A stretch of 64,000 bases of DNA from Selaginella moellendorffii (GCF_000143415.4 NW_003314261.1:1626117-1690116); one strand, 5' to 3'. Positions 1 through 13,319 are shown, counted from the stretch's first letter. Notes: generated by a model not told the origin, from the sequence alone. Made by a program: numbers and translations.

Positions 1-279
1 ATAGGCAAAATTCATTATGATGTAGGTTTGATCAATTGGAAAACAGATTAGGGTCTTGGCGATCAAGTGAAGTATCCTAGGAAGAGTTTCACGATCCTTA
101 TAATAGGTGGCTCTAGCTTCATAGAGGAGTCACCCATAGTAGTACAAATTGTTTTGTACTTGTTTTAGTCCCTATACATTTATATTTTATAAATCAGGTT
201 AGAGGGAACAATGCACCATATATGACAATTGCTGGTTGTCAAACATTCACTCATATAAATCAATCGAGAGTTCAAACAC

Positions 280-850
280 TACAGGAGATTCAACCATCCT
301 AGGAGCTAAAAGTCACTGGCATTGTTCCTTTCAAAGAATAAAAAGGATGGAAATCGTGTATGAGAATCATGAAGGAGAATCGATCACGTGGATACCGTCG
401 CTTGGCGTCAATCCAGATCGAGAAGCATGCATTTGGACAAGCCTGTACATCATCCTTGGAATCTCATCCTTGGATCGGTTGTCTTCCTCTTCCTATGGGG
501 ATGATTCTTCCATCTGGAGGGATTCCAGTGCTTCATCATCGGTGAACATTGCGAAGCAAACCGTCCTACCGCTGGTGGTGCTCAGGCTTGTAGGCAGCTT
601 GATGTAGATAAGCTATGCTTCTTACCTACATATTTTGGCTATGAAATGATGCGGTGATTTCTATCAGATGGGGAAGCCATTTTTATTCAGCTTATCGATA
701 GAGCGATGCTCACGGACGAGAACGTCTTAGTTGCCAAAAGGTCGCGGATGCGACCACGATTCCCTTGAATTCTCAGGAGTTAATTCATGTCGTCCTCATC
801 CTGGATCTCGAGTCTGGAGCTCTTGATCCACTGGACATTAAGGGGCGGGA
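280..850 (-). pseudogene. DUF616 (MUCI70/TOD1-like) glycosyltransferase remnant, copy 1
   Basis: Minus-strand fragments in shifting frames: GIVVASATF-GN*DVL, RTVCFAMFTDDE, IPRMMYRL, PNACFSIWIDAK. These match DUF616 motifs (GIVVASAIFGNYD, VCFYMFVDEE, PNARYSLWIDGK). Stops and frameshifts present; ends approximate. Confidence 0.7.
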
Positions 851-1869
851 GAGGATTTGGAAATGATTGGCAGGGATGGTGTCGTCAAATTCGTGAAATT
901 CTGGCGAAAAACTGGTCGGCTGCTGGGAAATGCGATGCGCCTCCATCGTTTTTCAACTCCAGGGCCACCAAACAACCAACAAGGAGGATTTTTGCAAGGG
1001 CCAGCGTCTCCATTACGCTTTCCAGCATCAAAGATTTTCTCTACAGTGGATAGATTTGACAGCGTTTTAGTGATGTTTACAGTTGGGAGACCATAGGAAA
1101 CGCTCAGAAGTACACAAAAGTTTGTGCCAATTTAAATCTGAATATTTGCCAATGTGGTCCCTTCATCATAACATGCTCCTTTTCTCCTTATTTAGATATT
1201 CAACAAGGTTAGAGCTATGGAGCATGCTGCTCGAGCAGAGGGGCTACCGCCATTGTTCTCACTGCAATTCTCGACAAAAGAGAAGATGATCTACAAAACA
1301 GGTAACTTAAAGCAAGCGTTAGAATCCAGGGTTGGAGCCGACTAGTTTTGCCACCAGCATGGATGACACGGTATATTTTTACTTTTCAGCATTTCCAGGC
1401 CTTTTCTTTTGGTTTTTCTTGTTGCAGCCAACAGATCGTGAAATTGTTTTCTTGCATCGCATCCAAGTACACAGACAAATCCATCACCTTGAAGGTGACT
1501 CGTTGGATTTCGTCTACGTCGATGGAGGCATTACAAGCTCGCTCTAAGATTCATAAACATGTTCACTTTTTTCCTTTCGGGAGCAATAGTGATGCTGTGA
1601 ATTCTACCAGGTTGGGAGGCCTCTCTTGTTCGGCCCGGCCATCGATGGCGAACAAGGCGTGTGAAAGTGCTAGACATGCTCAACCAGGAGCTGAGAAGCA
1701 CCATGACAATTGCTGGTTGCCCAACACTCGCTCAAATAACCTGATCAAGCGTTCAAACGCCATCCAGCAAGCTCTAGATAACAATCGAGCATTCACTGCT
1801 TGCATTCTTTCTGTTCCTGTCAAGAAATATTGTGTGAGAAGAAAACGTGTGATCTTCGATTATCTGGTG

Positions 1870-2420
1870 GCATCGGCCACACGAAGTTCCGCCTCTCACA
1901 ATCCTCGAACATGTTGATCCGCCATGGAACTTGAGCGATGATCTTGTCACGTAACCACCGCGAAGCTCACCTGATCGCGCGGCGTGAATCTGTCGAGCTC
2001 GTTGAACCACACGACAAGAGGTTGCTGAGCGGCGTGTGCTCTCTCAGCACCGTGCTCACCAGATCATACGGAAGGAGCCCGTCGAACCTCCGGTACCCGG
2101 TGACCTCGGCCTCCTGGAACGCGGGGTCTGCGTGCTCGAAATGGTGTCACAGGAATCTCTCCTGGATCTGGATGGCGGCTGAATGGGATCCGCCACGAAC
2201 ATTGCGAAGCAAACCGTCCTGGCGCTGGCCATGGTGCTGCCTTGAGCACCGAAGATCGCTTATGCTACCACGATTCCCCTGCAAACTCCCTGGTAATCCA
2301 TGTCGGCAGATTCGCACTCTTCCAGGCGCCAAATGGTGTGGAGTTTCGAGAGTTTGCTGCGTGGTGAGGCAATTGAGCGTCTCTGCGAAGATCTCTTGCG
2401 AGGGCAGCGCTTTGATCCAT
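1870..2420 (-). pseudogene. DUF616 (MUCI70/TOD1-like) glycosyltransferase remnant, copy 2
   Basis: Minus-strand RTVCFAMFVAD, QIQERFL, LREHTPLSNLL, WFNELDRFTPRDQVSF, RDKIIAQVPWRINMFEDCERRNFV match the DUF616 C-terminal half, with frameshifts and large internal deletions. Shares nucleotide blocks with copy 1 (e.g. aacattgcgaagcaaaccgtcct near 545 and 2198). Confidence 0.8.
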
Positions 2421-2747
2421 TGTCGCCAGCAGGGCAATTTCAAAGCCCAGGGGGCGGGAGAGGGAGGGATGAACAGCAGGGGAATTTCAAAGAAAGTATC
2501 TACGCATAGCAAAACATACATCTTAGACCGTATTTGATTATTAAGGGCTAATGTTACTAAAACCACAGGTCAAACCCAACTTATTGTTTTTGAACCAGAT
2601 GCCACGCTGGCAGGTTGTAGCATAACGGCGGCAGTGGAACACCAAGCACCACCGCTACCGAAATACCCTCCTGTCTATAGGTAGAGACCACACACAAGCG
2701 CTCGCTCAAAGTTTCTAGGTCATTCTCTCCCTTGCATCAAGCCAGCG

Positions 2748-3772
2748 ATGGCAATCTCCGAGTCCTCTTCCGAGTCCGACTTGGTTCTTTCGCCCATTCC
2801 AGGCTCCGTCTTCGCAACTGCATTTCACGAGCACGCTAGCGACATCGATGGGCAGCTCCTCCTCGACCCGTCGTTCGTCGAATCTGTTTTCGATGGTGAT
2901 GGGATGCTCATCGATGGTTTCTACACCGATTCTAGCTTCGCTTCATTTCTCGCTCCCACTCCTGCACTGCAGCCGCAAACTCTCTCGTCGCCTCTCAGCC
3001 TCAGCGATGAGAGCAGTAGCAGCCAGACTACTCTCGTCGAGGAGAACGGCCAGAACGTTCCTGTCAATCGCCAGCGCAGGCAGCGATCGGCGCGATCGCC
3101 CAAGTCGGGCCCGACGGAGAGGATGCTGGAAATCACACCGGACGAGCTCGCTTGCTACTATGCTATGCCCATCACGGAGGCGTCCAAGAAGCTCAAGGTC
3201 GGGCTCACGGTCCTCAAGAAGCGGTGCCGCGAGTTTGGGATCCCGCGCTGGCCGCATCGCAAGCTCAAGAGCCTGGATGGCCTCATTCACAATATACAGG
3301 TAACCATCGCGAGATCCTTTCTTCAACCCATGGGAAACGATGAAGAAAGGATCATTTCTTCATCCTGATTCCATTGATCCTTCTTTCATGCTTCTTTGAT
3401 TTTTTTCTCGATTCCATCTTCATCCCTGTATGTTTCTCGATTCCATGGATCCTCTCCATGTTTCTCTTTCATGTTTCTTATTCCATCTATCCTTTTCTTC
3501 ATTCCTGTATGTTTCTCGATTCCATGGATCTTCTCCATCTTTTGATATGTTTCTCGCGTCTACAGGAGCTTTCCAAAGAGAGCCCGAGCTCGGGGAAGAA
3601 GAAATTCGAGGATGCGGTGAGCGAGCTCGAGGTGCAGAAACGGAATATGCAAGCAAACCCCGCGGTTGATCTGTCGGATGACACAAAGAGGCTTCGCCAG
3701 GCATGCTTCAAGCAGAGCTACAAGCAGCGCCGACAAGCTCTTGCCAGGCTTGAGGAAGACGACGAAGAATAA
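2748..3772 (+). CDS. RKD: RWP-RK domain transcription factor, RKD subfamily (exons 2748-3299, 3566-3772)
   Basis: [40 protein letters not shown] motif; RKD-type tail [18 protein letters not shown]; GT-AG intron 3300-3565 joins the exons in frame; no PB1 domain, so not NLP. Confidence 0.92.
3400..3560. repeat. Imperfect intronic minisatellite (tgtttctcgattccatggatc-like units)
   Basis: cctgtatgtttctcgattccatggatc occurs twice (~3424, ~3504) with further partial tttctc/attccat copies. Confidence 0.75.
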
Positions 3773-3979
3773 ACAAAGAGCTTGGGGTGTGTTTTTTTTC
3801 TTCTTCGTGGTTCTTTCTCAAGTAGTTATTTCAAATGTCCAAAACGAAACTCTCCGTGTGATGATTGTTAGAATGATTAGCACCAAGAACTACCAAACGA
3901 AGACAAGTAGCTACATTCTTGCGCGAAAGGTGACGTTACATTCCTTTCGTTCCGAGAGAGAGGAGATATTTAGGGCACG

Positions 3980-4010
3980 GAGTTTTAGGGCTCTGTTTTA
4001 GGGTTTTGCC
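3980..4010. promoter_or_regulatory. Telo-box-like motifs (TTTAGGG/AAACCCTA) upstream of NAP1
   Basis: ttttaggg and tttagggtttt lie just upstream of a tatatat element (~4036). Telo-boxes are typical of plant translation/chromatin housekeeping promoters. Confidence 0.5.
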
Positions 4011-4159
4011 GAAACGAGAAAAAGATCCTAGGCCGTATATATTCTTCTTTTAGGGCAGTCAGTGCCAGGGCGAGCGCAAGTAGGCGGCGACACACCGGCA
4101 AGCCTCCTGTGCGCTACTCGTTCCCCTCGCGCTCGCTAGCGGCGGCTAGGGTTTCAAGG

Positions 4160-5960
4160 ATGAGTGGCGAACAGGGCGCTGGAGGCGGCGGCAACGGCGG
4201 TGGCAAGGAGCAGCAGATTTCGGCCTTCTCGGTGGGGGATTTGGGCGGCGCGTTGCCTGGCGGCACTGGAAGTGAGTGTTCTTGGCTGGAATCCTCGAAA
4301 TATTTTGCTCATTTTTGCTGTTTGTGGCAGCTTTCACCGCGGCGGACCGCGCGGGGCTCGTCAATGCGCTCAAGGTACGCTGTCCGGCACGGGATTTCTA
4401 TGGTTGAGAATGGGAATGAAATTTCTTTATCAGGACAAACTCCAATATCTTGCTGGGCAGTCTTCAGGTTATGTGGAATCGCTGAGCCCGAAAGTGAAGA
4501 AGCGGGTCCAAGCACTGCAGGATTTGCAGGTTTGTGTTTTCATCGATGGGCTTTCTTTACCAATGGCTCTTTCACACAGAAACAACACGATGAGGTTGAG
4601 ATGAAGTTTAGAGAGGAGAGGGCGATTTTGGAGGCAAAGTATCAGAAGCTTTATGCTCCCTTCTACGCGAAGGTATACTTTCTCAGTGGAAATGTCGACG
4701 AGACTTATTCTGTCCTGGTCACAGCGATTTGAAATTGTCACCGGTGCTGTGGATGTTGACGACAATAAGGGCGAGGCCGAAGCCGAAGCTAAGACCGAAG
4801 AAGGTTTGGCTAAGTTCCTTCTTTCACGGGTGTGTTCTTACCTTGTTTCTTCTTTGTCTATTGTAGAGAATGGGGTCCCGGAATTCTGGCTCACGGCTAT
4901 GAAGTCCAATGAAGTTCTGGGCATGCAAGTGGGTATCTCTTTAGATTCACCACCTGGTTTGCTGACATTTCGATTTTTAGATTACTGAACGAGACGAGGG
5001 AGCACTAAAGTTCCTGAAGGAGATTAAGTGGTGCAACTTGGAAAACCCGAAAGGGTTCCGTCTTGATTTTTACTTCGATACCAATCCCTACTTCAGGAAT
5101 TCAGTGGTAAGTTGTTTTGTGGAATTCGTTCTCCGGCAGTTGATGCTAACAAATGAAGCGAAACAGCTGAGCAAGACGTACCACATGGTGGACGAGGACG
5201 AGCCTATCCTTGAGCGTGCTATCGGGTAGGATGTCGTGCTTTTCCTGTTGTTTCCCTGAAACAATGTTACAACAGGACGGAAATCGAGTGGCATGCCGGG
5301 AAGAATCTAACTCAGAAGATTTTGAAGAAGAAGCCAAAGAAGGGAGCGAAGAATACCAAGCCGGTCACAAAGACAGAACAGTGTGACAGCTTCTTCAACT
5401 TCTTCAGTCCGCCTCTAGTGCCAGACGACGATGACGACATCGATGCGACTGATGTAAGTTTTCGACTACGTACAGCACATAATGCGGATATAACATTTCT
5501 CCTTTCCTCTCGTTTCCTTTCTTCGGTTTGACAGGCTGAACAACTGCAGGACTTGATGGAACAGGACTACGAGATTGGGTGAGTGAAAGTGAAAAGTCCG
5601 TTTTCTGGTCGTCGCTAAGCTCTGGTGCTATGCAACTACAGATCGACCATCAAGGAGAAGATTATTCCCCACGCAGTTTCGTGGTTCACTGGCGAGGCCT
5701 TGCAAGGGGACGAGTATGAAGACGTGGATGACGAGAACGACTCGGAAAGCGATGACGAGGAGGAGGACGATGAGGAGGAGGAGGATGAGGAGGACGAAGA
5801 GGAGGAAGACGAAGGAAGCGCACGCAAGGTAGAGTTTTGGTTTTCCTTATTCATCCATAGCTAAGATTCTTTGTCAATGTAGCCGGCGGCTCCTCGGACA
5901 AAGGCTGCGGTGAAGAAGCAGGCTAGTGGCGACCAGCCCCCAGAATGCAAGCAACAGTGA
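4160..5960 (+). CDS. NAP1: Nucleosome assembly protein 1 (multi-exon)
   Basis: [12 protein letters not shown]|[56 protein letters not shown], acidic tail and C-terminal CaaX-type ECKQQ* (5960); short GT-AG introns. Confidence 0.96.
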
Positions 5961-6175
5961 CACACCGGTTGTCATCCTACTCACAGGCAGTTTGGTATTT
6001 CCATTTGTTTTGGAGAGTCATGAAGTTTCTCGAATTTTTGTAGACGGCATCTATGTTTAAGTTCGATGATTTCTCTATGTTTGATGATCCAACTTCATTC
6101 AACAATTGCAAGAAACAAAATGGATTGATTGATTCTCAATCTATAGTAAAAACTTCCAAAACGAAGAGATCCACT

Positions 6176-6623
6176 CTACTCGAACAAGCTAAATCCCATG
6201 TCCTGTAAGGCGAGGCAATTCTTTGTGTTAGCGCGCAAGAGATGAGAAGGAAGCAACTTACGTCATCGGATTCCTCTTTCTCTTCTTCCTTTGGTGCTTC
6301 CTTGGCAGCCTCGGGGGCGGCGGCGGCGGAGGAGGCAGCGGGGGCAGCGGCCGCCACGGCCCCGCCAGCGCCGCCGCTGGGAACCGACGCAAACTTGTCC
6401 CTTCCCTCGGCGATTAGCTCCACAATGTCCTTGCCCTCGAGCTCGCTCATCAGATGCGAGAGCTTGGTCTCATCGGCCTCGGCTCCCACTGCGTTGGATC
6501 GTAAGATTCGTATTACCTATCGATCGATGGCTTACCTGATGAGAGGATCCCCTTGATGTCGTCCGAGGAGGGGCACTCGTTCCCGCCCAACACCGCGAGG
6601 AGATACGCCGCAATCAGCTTCAT
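6176..6623 (-). CDS. RPP2: 60S acidic ribosomal protein P2 (3 exons)
   Basis: [15 protein letters not shown]...|[10 protein letters not shown]...[24 protein letters not shown], Ala-rich hinge, EEKEESDD|DMGFSLFE*. Confidence 0.96.
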
Positions 6624-6649
6624 TGTTACCGGACGCCGCCTTCTTCCTT

Positions 6650-6870
6650 CTTGGAACCCTAAAACCTAGATGGAAGGTTTAGGGTTCGAATCTCAAGGGC
6701 AGTGTATCTGATGTGGCAAGTGGCGTGGCATTTTTCTTGCTGATGTGGCAAACACGTCTGCGAGTGACGTGCCATTCGCACGTGTCTTACCACGTGACAG
6801 TGCGAGGAAGTGTGGGTCGGTCGCCGGCCAATCGAGTGCTGGTTGGGGCCGGCATGCCACGTGTCATGCT
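6650..6870. promoter_or_regulatory. RPP2 upstream region: telo-box-like motifs and a cluster of ACGT/G-box motifs
   Basis: aaccctaaaacctag and tttagggtt at 6655-6686; cacgtc, gacgtg, gcacgtgtc, ccacgtgac, gccacgtgtc within ~120 bp. Confidence 0.5.
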
Positions 6871-9453
6871 GTCTTTGTCTTTTGCTGTTTGAGACAACTT
6901 GTCGCTTGTGCTTTGATCTTCTTTCTTCGCTCGCAATCAGCTAAAGTTATCTAATGGAATGAAGCTTGGCTTGAGGAGAAAAAAATGTAGGGCTGGGCGG
7001 TTCTCTAATGCACTTTGCTATGATTCTACAAATCTAGAAAACGATAGATATCATGCAACCAAGCAAGATCGAAAAAAAAATCCCCCAACATTGTTACCAA
7101 AGTTGATTTCTCTCTCCCCCATGCTTGAAAAGTTTCTCGAGATGGATGGGATTGACTCCTGGCCTATGGATCGTTCTTGTCACTTCCATACACCTATAGT
7201 CTCAAGGCGTAAGATTCCCTGGGAATATAACACGTCTTGTTTAAGCAAGAAAAATCACTCACACTGTCGGTTGTAAAGGCATGCTGTCGGTTTTTGGGAG
7301 CGGGGGATCATTCATGGGTGGCATGAACCCTAAACTAGAAATATCTGCCATCTTTATGATGATTGTGAGAAGCTTCTTCCTTCAATCCCATGGAGACGCA
7401 AAGCCCCCCAAGGTGATAGATACGTACACGAATACACCTGAGAATCTCAAAGGAATACTTATACAGCGAGAGAGACGCCTGTGGGCCACGGGATTTATGG
7501 ACCTCTTTGATGTGTGCATTATAACCAACCCACCACCCAATTGATATGAATGGACACATTATGGCTAAGCTTTGGTTGCTTTTCAGTTGGTACGGAAAAC
7601 CTTTGATCAAATGCTTCCTTTTTGTTTGGGAGTGTTAAAATTCACAAGGTTGGTTTGGTTGGTATTTCATGGATGGGCCACTTGACATATCATGGGGCCC
7701 ATTCTCCGTCACGCGCAGCGTTTGGAGGACCCACGTTTCAACGGGGTGGCCAGTTTTACGTGTACGGTACATATGGGAATATGCACGGGAATCTTTTCTT
7801 GTTTTCTCCTTTTCTTTTGGCGTGTGGAGCCCAAATGTTATGGCATGATTCCCCCCCTCTCTCTTTCCCATTCTTGGAGCTAGCTAGATCGAAGTTGTGG
7901 AGAAAAGTTGGTATCCACAGACTTTATAAGAAGGTTGTGGAGAAAGGGGCGCACAAAGCAGCGTTGGAAAATATAATGTTCTTTTGATCTCCGCCGCGTT
8001 GTCCAACAGTCAAGTTGCTGCCCCCTTTTTTTGCCCTTATTTTTTTCTTAAAAGATTTCCATCTATTTAAATCCTTTAGCGCCCGAAAAAGCATAGAATG
8101 GAAACATTGGATGAATGAATCGGAATATTGTTGTTGACTAATAGAAGGACTTGTTTCTTGTATATTGACAGGGGCCAACTTGGCAGTGAATGAGTGCCAT
8201 GGATCTGATCATTTCATATCGCGTAAGGTAATTTCTTTATTTCCAATGAGATTGTTAGGGAGATCCCACACTCAAATGATGAAACCAAAGTGTTTGGGGC
8301 AGATGACTTCGCCCAAGAGATTTAAAAGTCAGCTCTAAACATTCCCTTCACGGGAAATTAGGGCAAACGGACAATTTTGAATATGAAACTCGCGCCGGAA
8401 TTCAAATATTTAAATTCAAATTCTTCGCCTAAATTCTAGGGCTCAATTCTTTCTTTGTTGCTTGCTGGGAGAACGGGGGACCCGCGGAATTGTGTGGCCA
8501 ATTCGCTCATTGTAAAGCATGATATCGAAAATGACCCGTCCACCCCCTCTCCGGGCTCTGGGTCTCTTTACACACGCCCTTTGCCAAAGACCCCGTCTTG
8601 CAATTCCTCTTCGGGTATGTGCTTCGGACCCCACGCCAAACCGACCACTCACTTTACTCGCCGAGGACGCACAATTTGGACGCGTGGCGGGGCTGTGGCC
8701 GTCGGATGGACGATCCTACGCTACTCATTGCTTCGCCGTCCACCGTTCACCCCTTTCCGCCATCGCCGATACCTTCTTATAATGTTCTTCGCGCTCGTTT
8801 CGTGTTGATTTTTGTCCAGGCTCTCGCTCGATCAATCGCATTTCATCCCAAGGTTCTTTTGATTTTTTTCTTTCGTTCTCGTTTGGTTTCGTTCTTGGTT
8901 CTTCGTGGTTCTTTCTCTTTTGATCGACGAGCATTCATTTCGGCCATTTTTTTCTTTTGATTTGTTCCTTTTTCTGGGATTTTAAACTTGGATCGTCGAG
9001 GGAGCGTGGCGACCCCTTGTGTTTCTTTTTCTCGCCGTGCTTGGCGTTGCAACCACCGTCAAGTTTAGCTCGTTCATTCTTTGGGTCGTGCTCAGCTCAG
9101 CACATATTAGTTTTTCTTCGCATGCGTGGCGCCACAATCTTTGGGATCAAGCGATCACTCTCATTTCCCTCTCGAAGGCCAATTCACAAGCTATACAACG
9201 CAAGCAAGGACGAGTTCTTCTCTCCCGGAATTCTTACCTTCTTCGACTTCTAAGATCCAATCTCTCGCTCTCGCCGATTTTTATAAACTTTTGTGGAATC
9301 GTCTACTGCATGAAAGCTGGGTCAACCGATCGATTTCTTGTGCTTCATTGATTGGAATTAAAATGGAGAGCAACAAATCTGTCCAGAAAGGCTAGTCTCC
9401 CGCGAACTTCTCATGGATATACCCAAGTTTTCATCTTTTTTCCTCTTGCAGAT

Positions 9454-10726
9454 ATGTCATCAAGCATCCAACTCAGTGGAACTTCTTCTGTTCCTCCTGG
9501 CTTTCGATTTCATCCCACCGACGAAGAACTCGTGGGTTACTACTTGGCCAAGAAAGTAGCCGCGAGCAAAATTGATTTGGATGTCATCCGCGAGATCGAC
9601 TTGTACAAGCTGGAGCCATGGGATCTTCAAGGTAAGACGGTCATCCCTCAAGCTTCTCATTTCGGGAAAAAAAAAACCGTTCTTTGGAAGTCTTTGCGTT
9701 CTAAATGTCTCTTCTCTCACTGCCATCGATGAATTGCGTTTGCCACACACAGAACGGTGCCGAATTGGCTCCGCGGAGCAGCACGAGTGGTACTTCTTCA
9801 GCCACAAAGACAAGAAATACCCGACCGGGACGAGGACCAACAGAGCCACCGGTGCAGGATTTTGGAAGGCCACTGGGCGAGACAAGCCAATCTTTGCTCG
9901 CGTCTCCAAATTGATCGGCATGAGGAAGACGCTGGTTTTCTACAAAGGTCGAGCTCCAAACGGGCAGAAATCGGACTGGATAATGCACGAGTATCGCCTG
10001 GAGGATGATATCAACAACACTGCAACAAACGTAAGCTAAAAAAATGAGAGAGAGAGAGAGAGAGAAGAAGAAGAAGAAACTTTAGATATGATTCACCGTG
10101 TCAATTGTGTGATCGCTTCTCTCACTCTTATTTTGCAATGGCAGGAAGAAGGCTGGGTGGTCTGCCGAGTTTTCAGGAAACGCAACGTTGTCAAGAAGCC
10201 GAGCAGTGACTTCGACGGGGCCTGCTGCTACGATCCGGAAGAAAATATGGACAAGATGTATAGCAGCAACAGCAGTTTTGTCAAGCAAGAGTTGGAGAGC
10301 GCCGGTATCTACTTCCCATTTGCGTTTGATCACTCGCTGCCGCACCTCGAGAGCCCCAAGAGAGCAAGCCCCATGAGCTACAATCCTCCTCCGGAAGATC
10401 ACGAGCACCACCACGATTTGATCAAAGCTTCCTCCTACATCGACAACGAGCTAGAAGAACTGGTCCACAAGACGTTCAGTGGCGGCGGAACACAGGCCCC
10501 GGCAGAGACTAGCTTTCATGGTTTCAGCGAGGAAATGGTGCCGGCATCCTGGGAGGATCCCGAGAGAATGCTCTCGTCCCAAGTGGCTGGAGTTCACGAG
10601 GACGAGTTCTCGAAAGAATCACGGCTGGGCAACTTGGACAGTCTGGTGGAACGCATGAACAGGGGGCAGCAGCTGCAGCAGCCAGATTACTCGTATGATG
10701 TTGATCTCTGGGGATTTACCAGGTAG
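9454..10726 (+). CDS. NAC transcription factor, VNS (VND/NST/SMB) clade (exons 9454-9631, 9753-10030, 10145-10726)
   Basis: [69 protein letters not shown]; C-terminal LP-box (LPHLESP), WQ-box-like ([13 protein letters not shown]) and DLWGF end as in NST/SMB. Confidence 0.95.
10046..10078. repeat. (GA)n(GAA)n microsatellite in NAC intron
   Basis: gagagagagagagagagagaagaagaagaaga. Confidence 0.9.
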
Positions 10727-13319
10727 CCCGCGGATTACATCACACAGGCCTGGATACTTTCTCTCTCCCCACTTCATCCAGTCGATCGATGAATCGAGCT
10801 TGTTTCTTTCTTGAAGAGATGGACGAACTTCGTGCTGGTGGTTACTTATTATACTTTTCTCGACAAAACAGGTACCTTCCCATCCAGTTTGCTGGCTTTT
10901 GTTACGCCCTCCTCTCCGTTTCTCTTCTTTCGGTGGTTTCCTGGATTTCAGAGAGAGCCTGGAAGTGAATGAAACGAACGCTGTTTTCTGTCCTGCGCTG
11001 TGGATCTCTTCCATATTATTATTATTATCAATATGTGATTATATTTTTATGACTAATTCAGCAATTGATCATGGTCAGTTTATATTCGTCCTTGAAGCAT
11101 GAGATACTTGTAAAGGTACTTAGCCAGGAGCGGTACAGCATAGATTTATTAACTTTTTATTCATAGATTTAAATATATCTAGAAAAAATTTAGTAAATTG
11201 CAGTGTGGTACAGCGCTGTGGTAGGCCAAGAAAGGCAAAAACTGGTAGCAGCAAAGGAAGAAGAAAAGAAAAGAATGAAAAAGAATTTCTTGAAGTGGTA
11301 GTATGATTGAATTCGAGGCAGAGGTCAGCGTCATGCGGTGGGAGTTTGTCGATTGACACGGTTTGATGATGGCAGCCTCCAAAACTAAAAACCCCACATT
11401 ACTTTTTAACCTCCACCACCTTTTGTATAAAAGATTAGGTTTTCTTCCTTTAAGCTGGCTAATGTTTCCAAAGTATCAGCACTGCTTTGCAGGCTTTGGG
11501 CATGCAAGAGACAAAGCCCTGCGCATGGCCTGGGAAGTGTCATATATTTATCGCTCTATAGCTCATGTTTTCAATCAGATTGTCTATGTATATATATTAT
11601 AGACCCCTTTGTATATGTACTATTGCTCTTTTTTAATCCGTGCAGATCTTAGACGATGCTGATGATGACGAGCGAGCTCTTCGCGTGCATTTGCCATGTG
11701 CAAAAGCAGCACTCCCAGCGATCGATCGAATGGATTAGCAGTAACTTCCCCAAAAGCTGCGGTGCGATCTCTATAATAGACACGATGATTCATCAAGGTC
11801 ACGGGAAGCACTAGTAGTTCTTGTTCTTGCAGGCCACGCCGATTGCTTCTCTCCCATTTTCTTGTTCCTGTTGTGAACACCGGACAAAAGGTGTCAATGT
11901 GGCAGAGAGACAAACTTCTCTGGAATCTAAGCTTGCCTGTCAGTTTTCTTCCAGACTTGGCTGTTCGAAACCATCGCAGCGATCAGAACCTGTCGTCTCA
12001 ACCTTCACACTTTGCTGGGACAGGCTTTTCATTCCAGAGTGTCTGCTTCTTCCAAGTTTCCTATTAACAAAGTCCTTCAGGAATGAGAAGCTTCTAAACA
12101 AGATTTCCTGGAAGCTCACATTGGACGATCAGATTTATGATGTCGACCAAGTAGATACCAGGCAACTTTTTACAGAAACCAAACCTGAAAAATTCTTTGC
12201 TTCCTTCCGTGGGTTGATCCGTGGATTTGTAATGTAATGTGCTGAATGATGTTCTTGAAACAATGAGCTACAACCATCAACAAAAGAAGCCAACTTTAGG
12301 CATAGTGTAGAGCCATGTTTTAACGTAAGAAACAATGAGAGTTTGTGAAACTTGTAGCAGCTAACTCTTCTGTTTCCTTCCTTCAAGAGGGATAAGGTCT
12401 CATTGCCAAAGTGAAGGATGGGACCCAAATCTACCTCTCTTTCATTATTAACCTATGGTGACCAAATTTTCCTCAGGTAAAATATACATACAGAAGACCT
12501 CTACATAATCTTATTTTGGATGGTTGTTCTTCCTGGCTATGCGGATGCGCGTCCTTGGGCAATTTCCTGATCTTGTTACGTGTACGAACGCATTAAACTG
12601 CACAGCATTTTGGTAATTGCTCAGATACTAGAACTACCTCAATAGTGCTCATCTCAATAGCTTTGCTGTAGACTGTGGCATGGTTCTTATGCCAAACGGA
12701 ACACATCAGAACTCAAGAAGACAAGGTGAAGAGAGTTAAAATCAATTAGACGACTTGATTTGGGCACAACAAGATTAGCATGAACAAATGATATTTTTTG
12801 CATATAGTGTTTTTTATTGGATGTATTCCATCGTTCAATCCATTTGATTATTATTATAGTATTTATTGAAGTATTTTCCTTGAATATACAAAAACCACAT
12901 ATGTATATGTGTGTGTATATATATATATATATATGGAAAGAGAGGGTCTTACCAAGAATCACATATGCTGCATTGAGGCAGGAGATAGAGGAAGATCTTG
13001 TGGATACATTACCAGTGGTCTTTGGATTTTGGGGAAGGGGAAGCTATGGAGATTAGGAGAAATCAAATGGATTAAAAATTACTATTCGAGACGTCGTTGT
13101 ACCTTGATTTTGAAGTTTCTTAAAGACTAACATTTTCGGAGAAAAAGGTAAAAGATGAACTAATTTTAAGTTACCTATATATTTATAGAAAAACCGTAGG
13201 TGAAGATTCAATCAAGTTTTACAACTGGAGTTTGATGATGATTTAAAATGAATATGCCATTATACCCTTTAAAACCCTAAATCCGACATTGCTGGACTCT
13301 CCAAACACTCATGCTGCTT

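Noticed and set aside
6676-6700. GGTTCGAATC as a tRNA T-loop
   Set aside because: No acceptor, D or anticodon arms; overlaps a telo-box in the RPP2 promoter.
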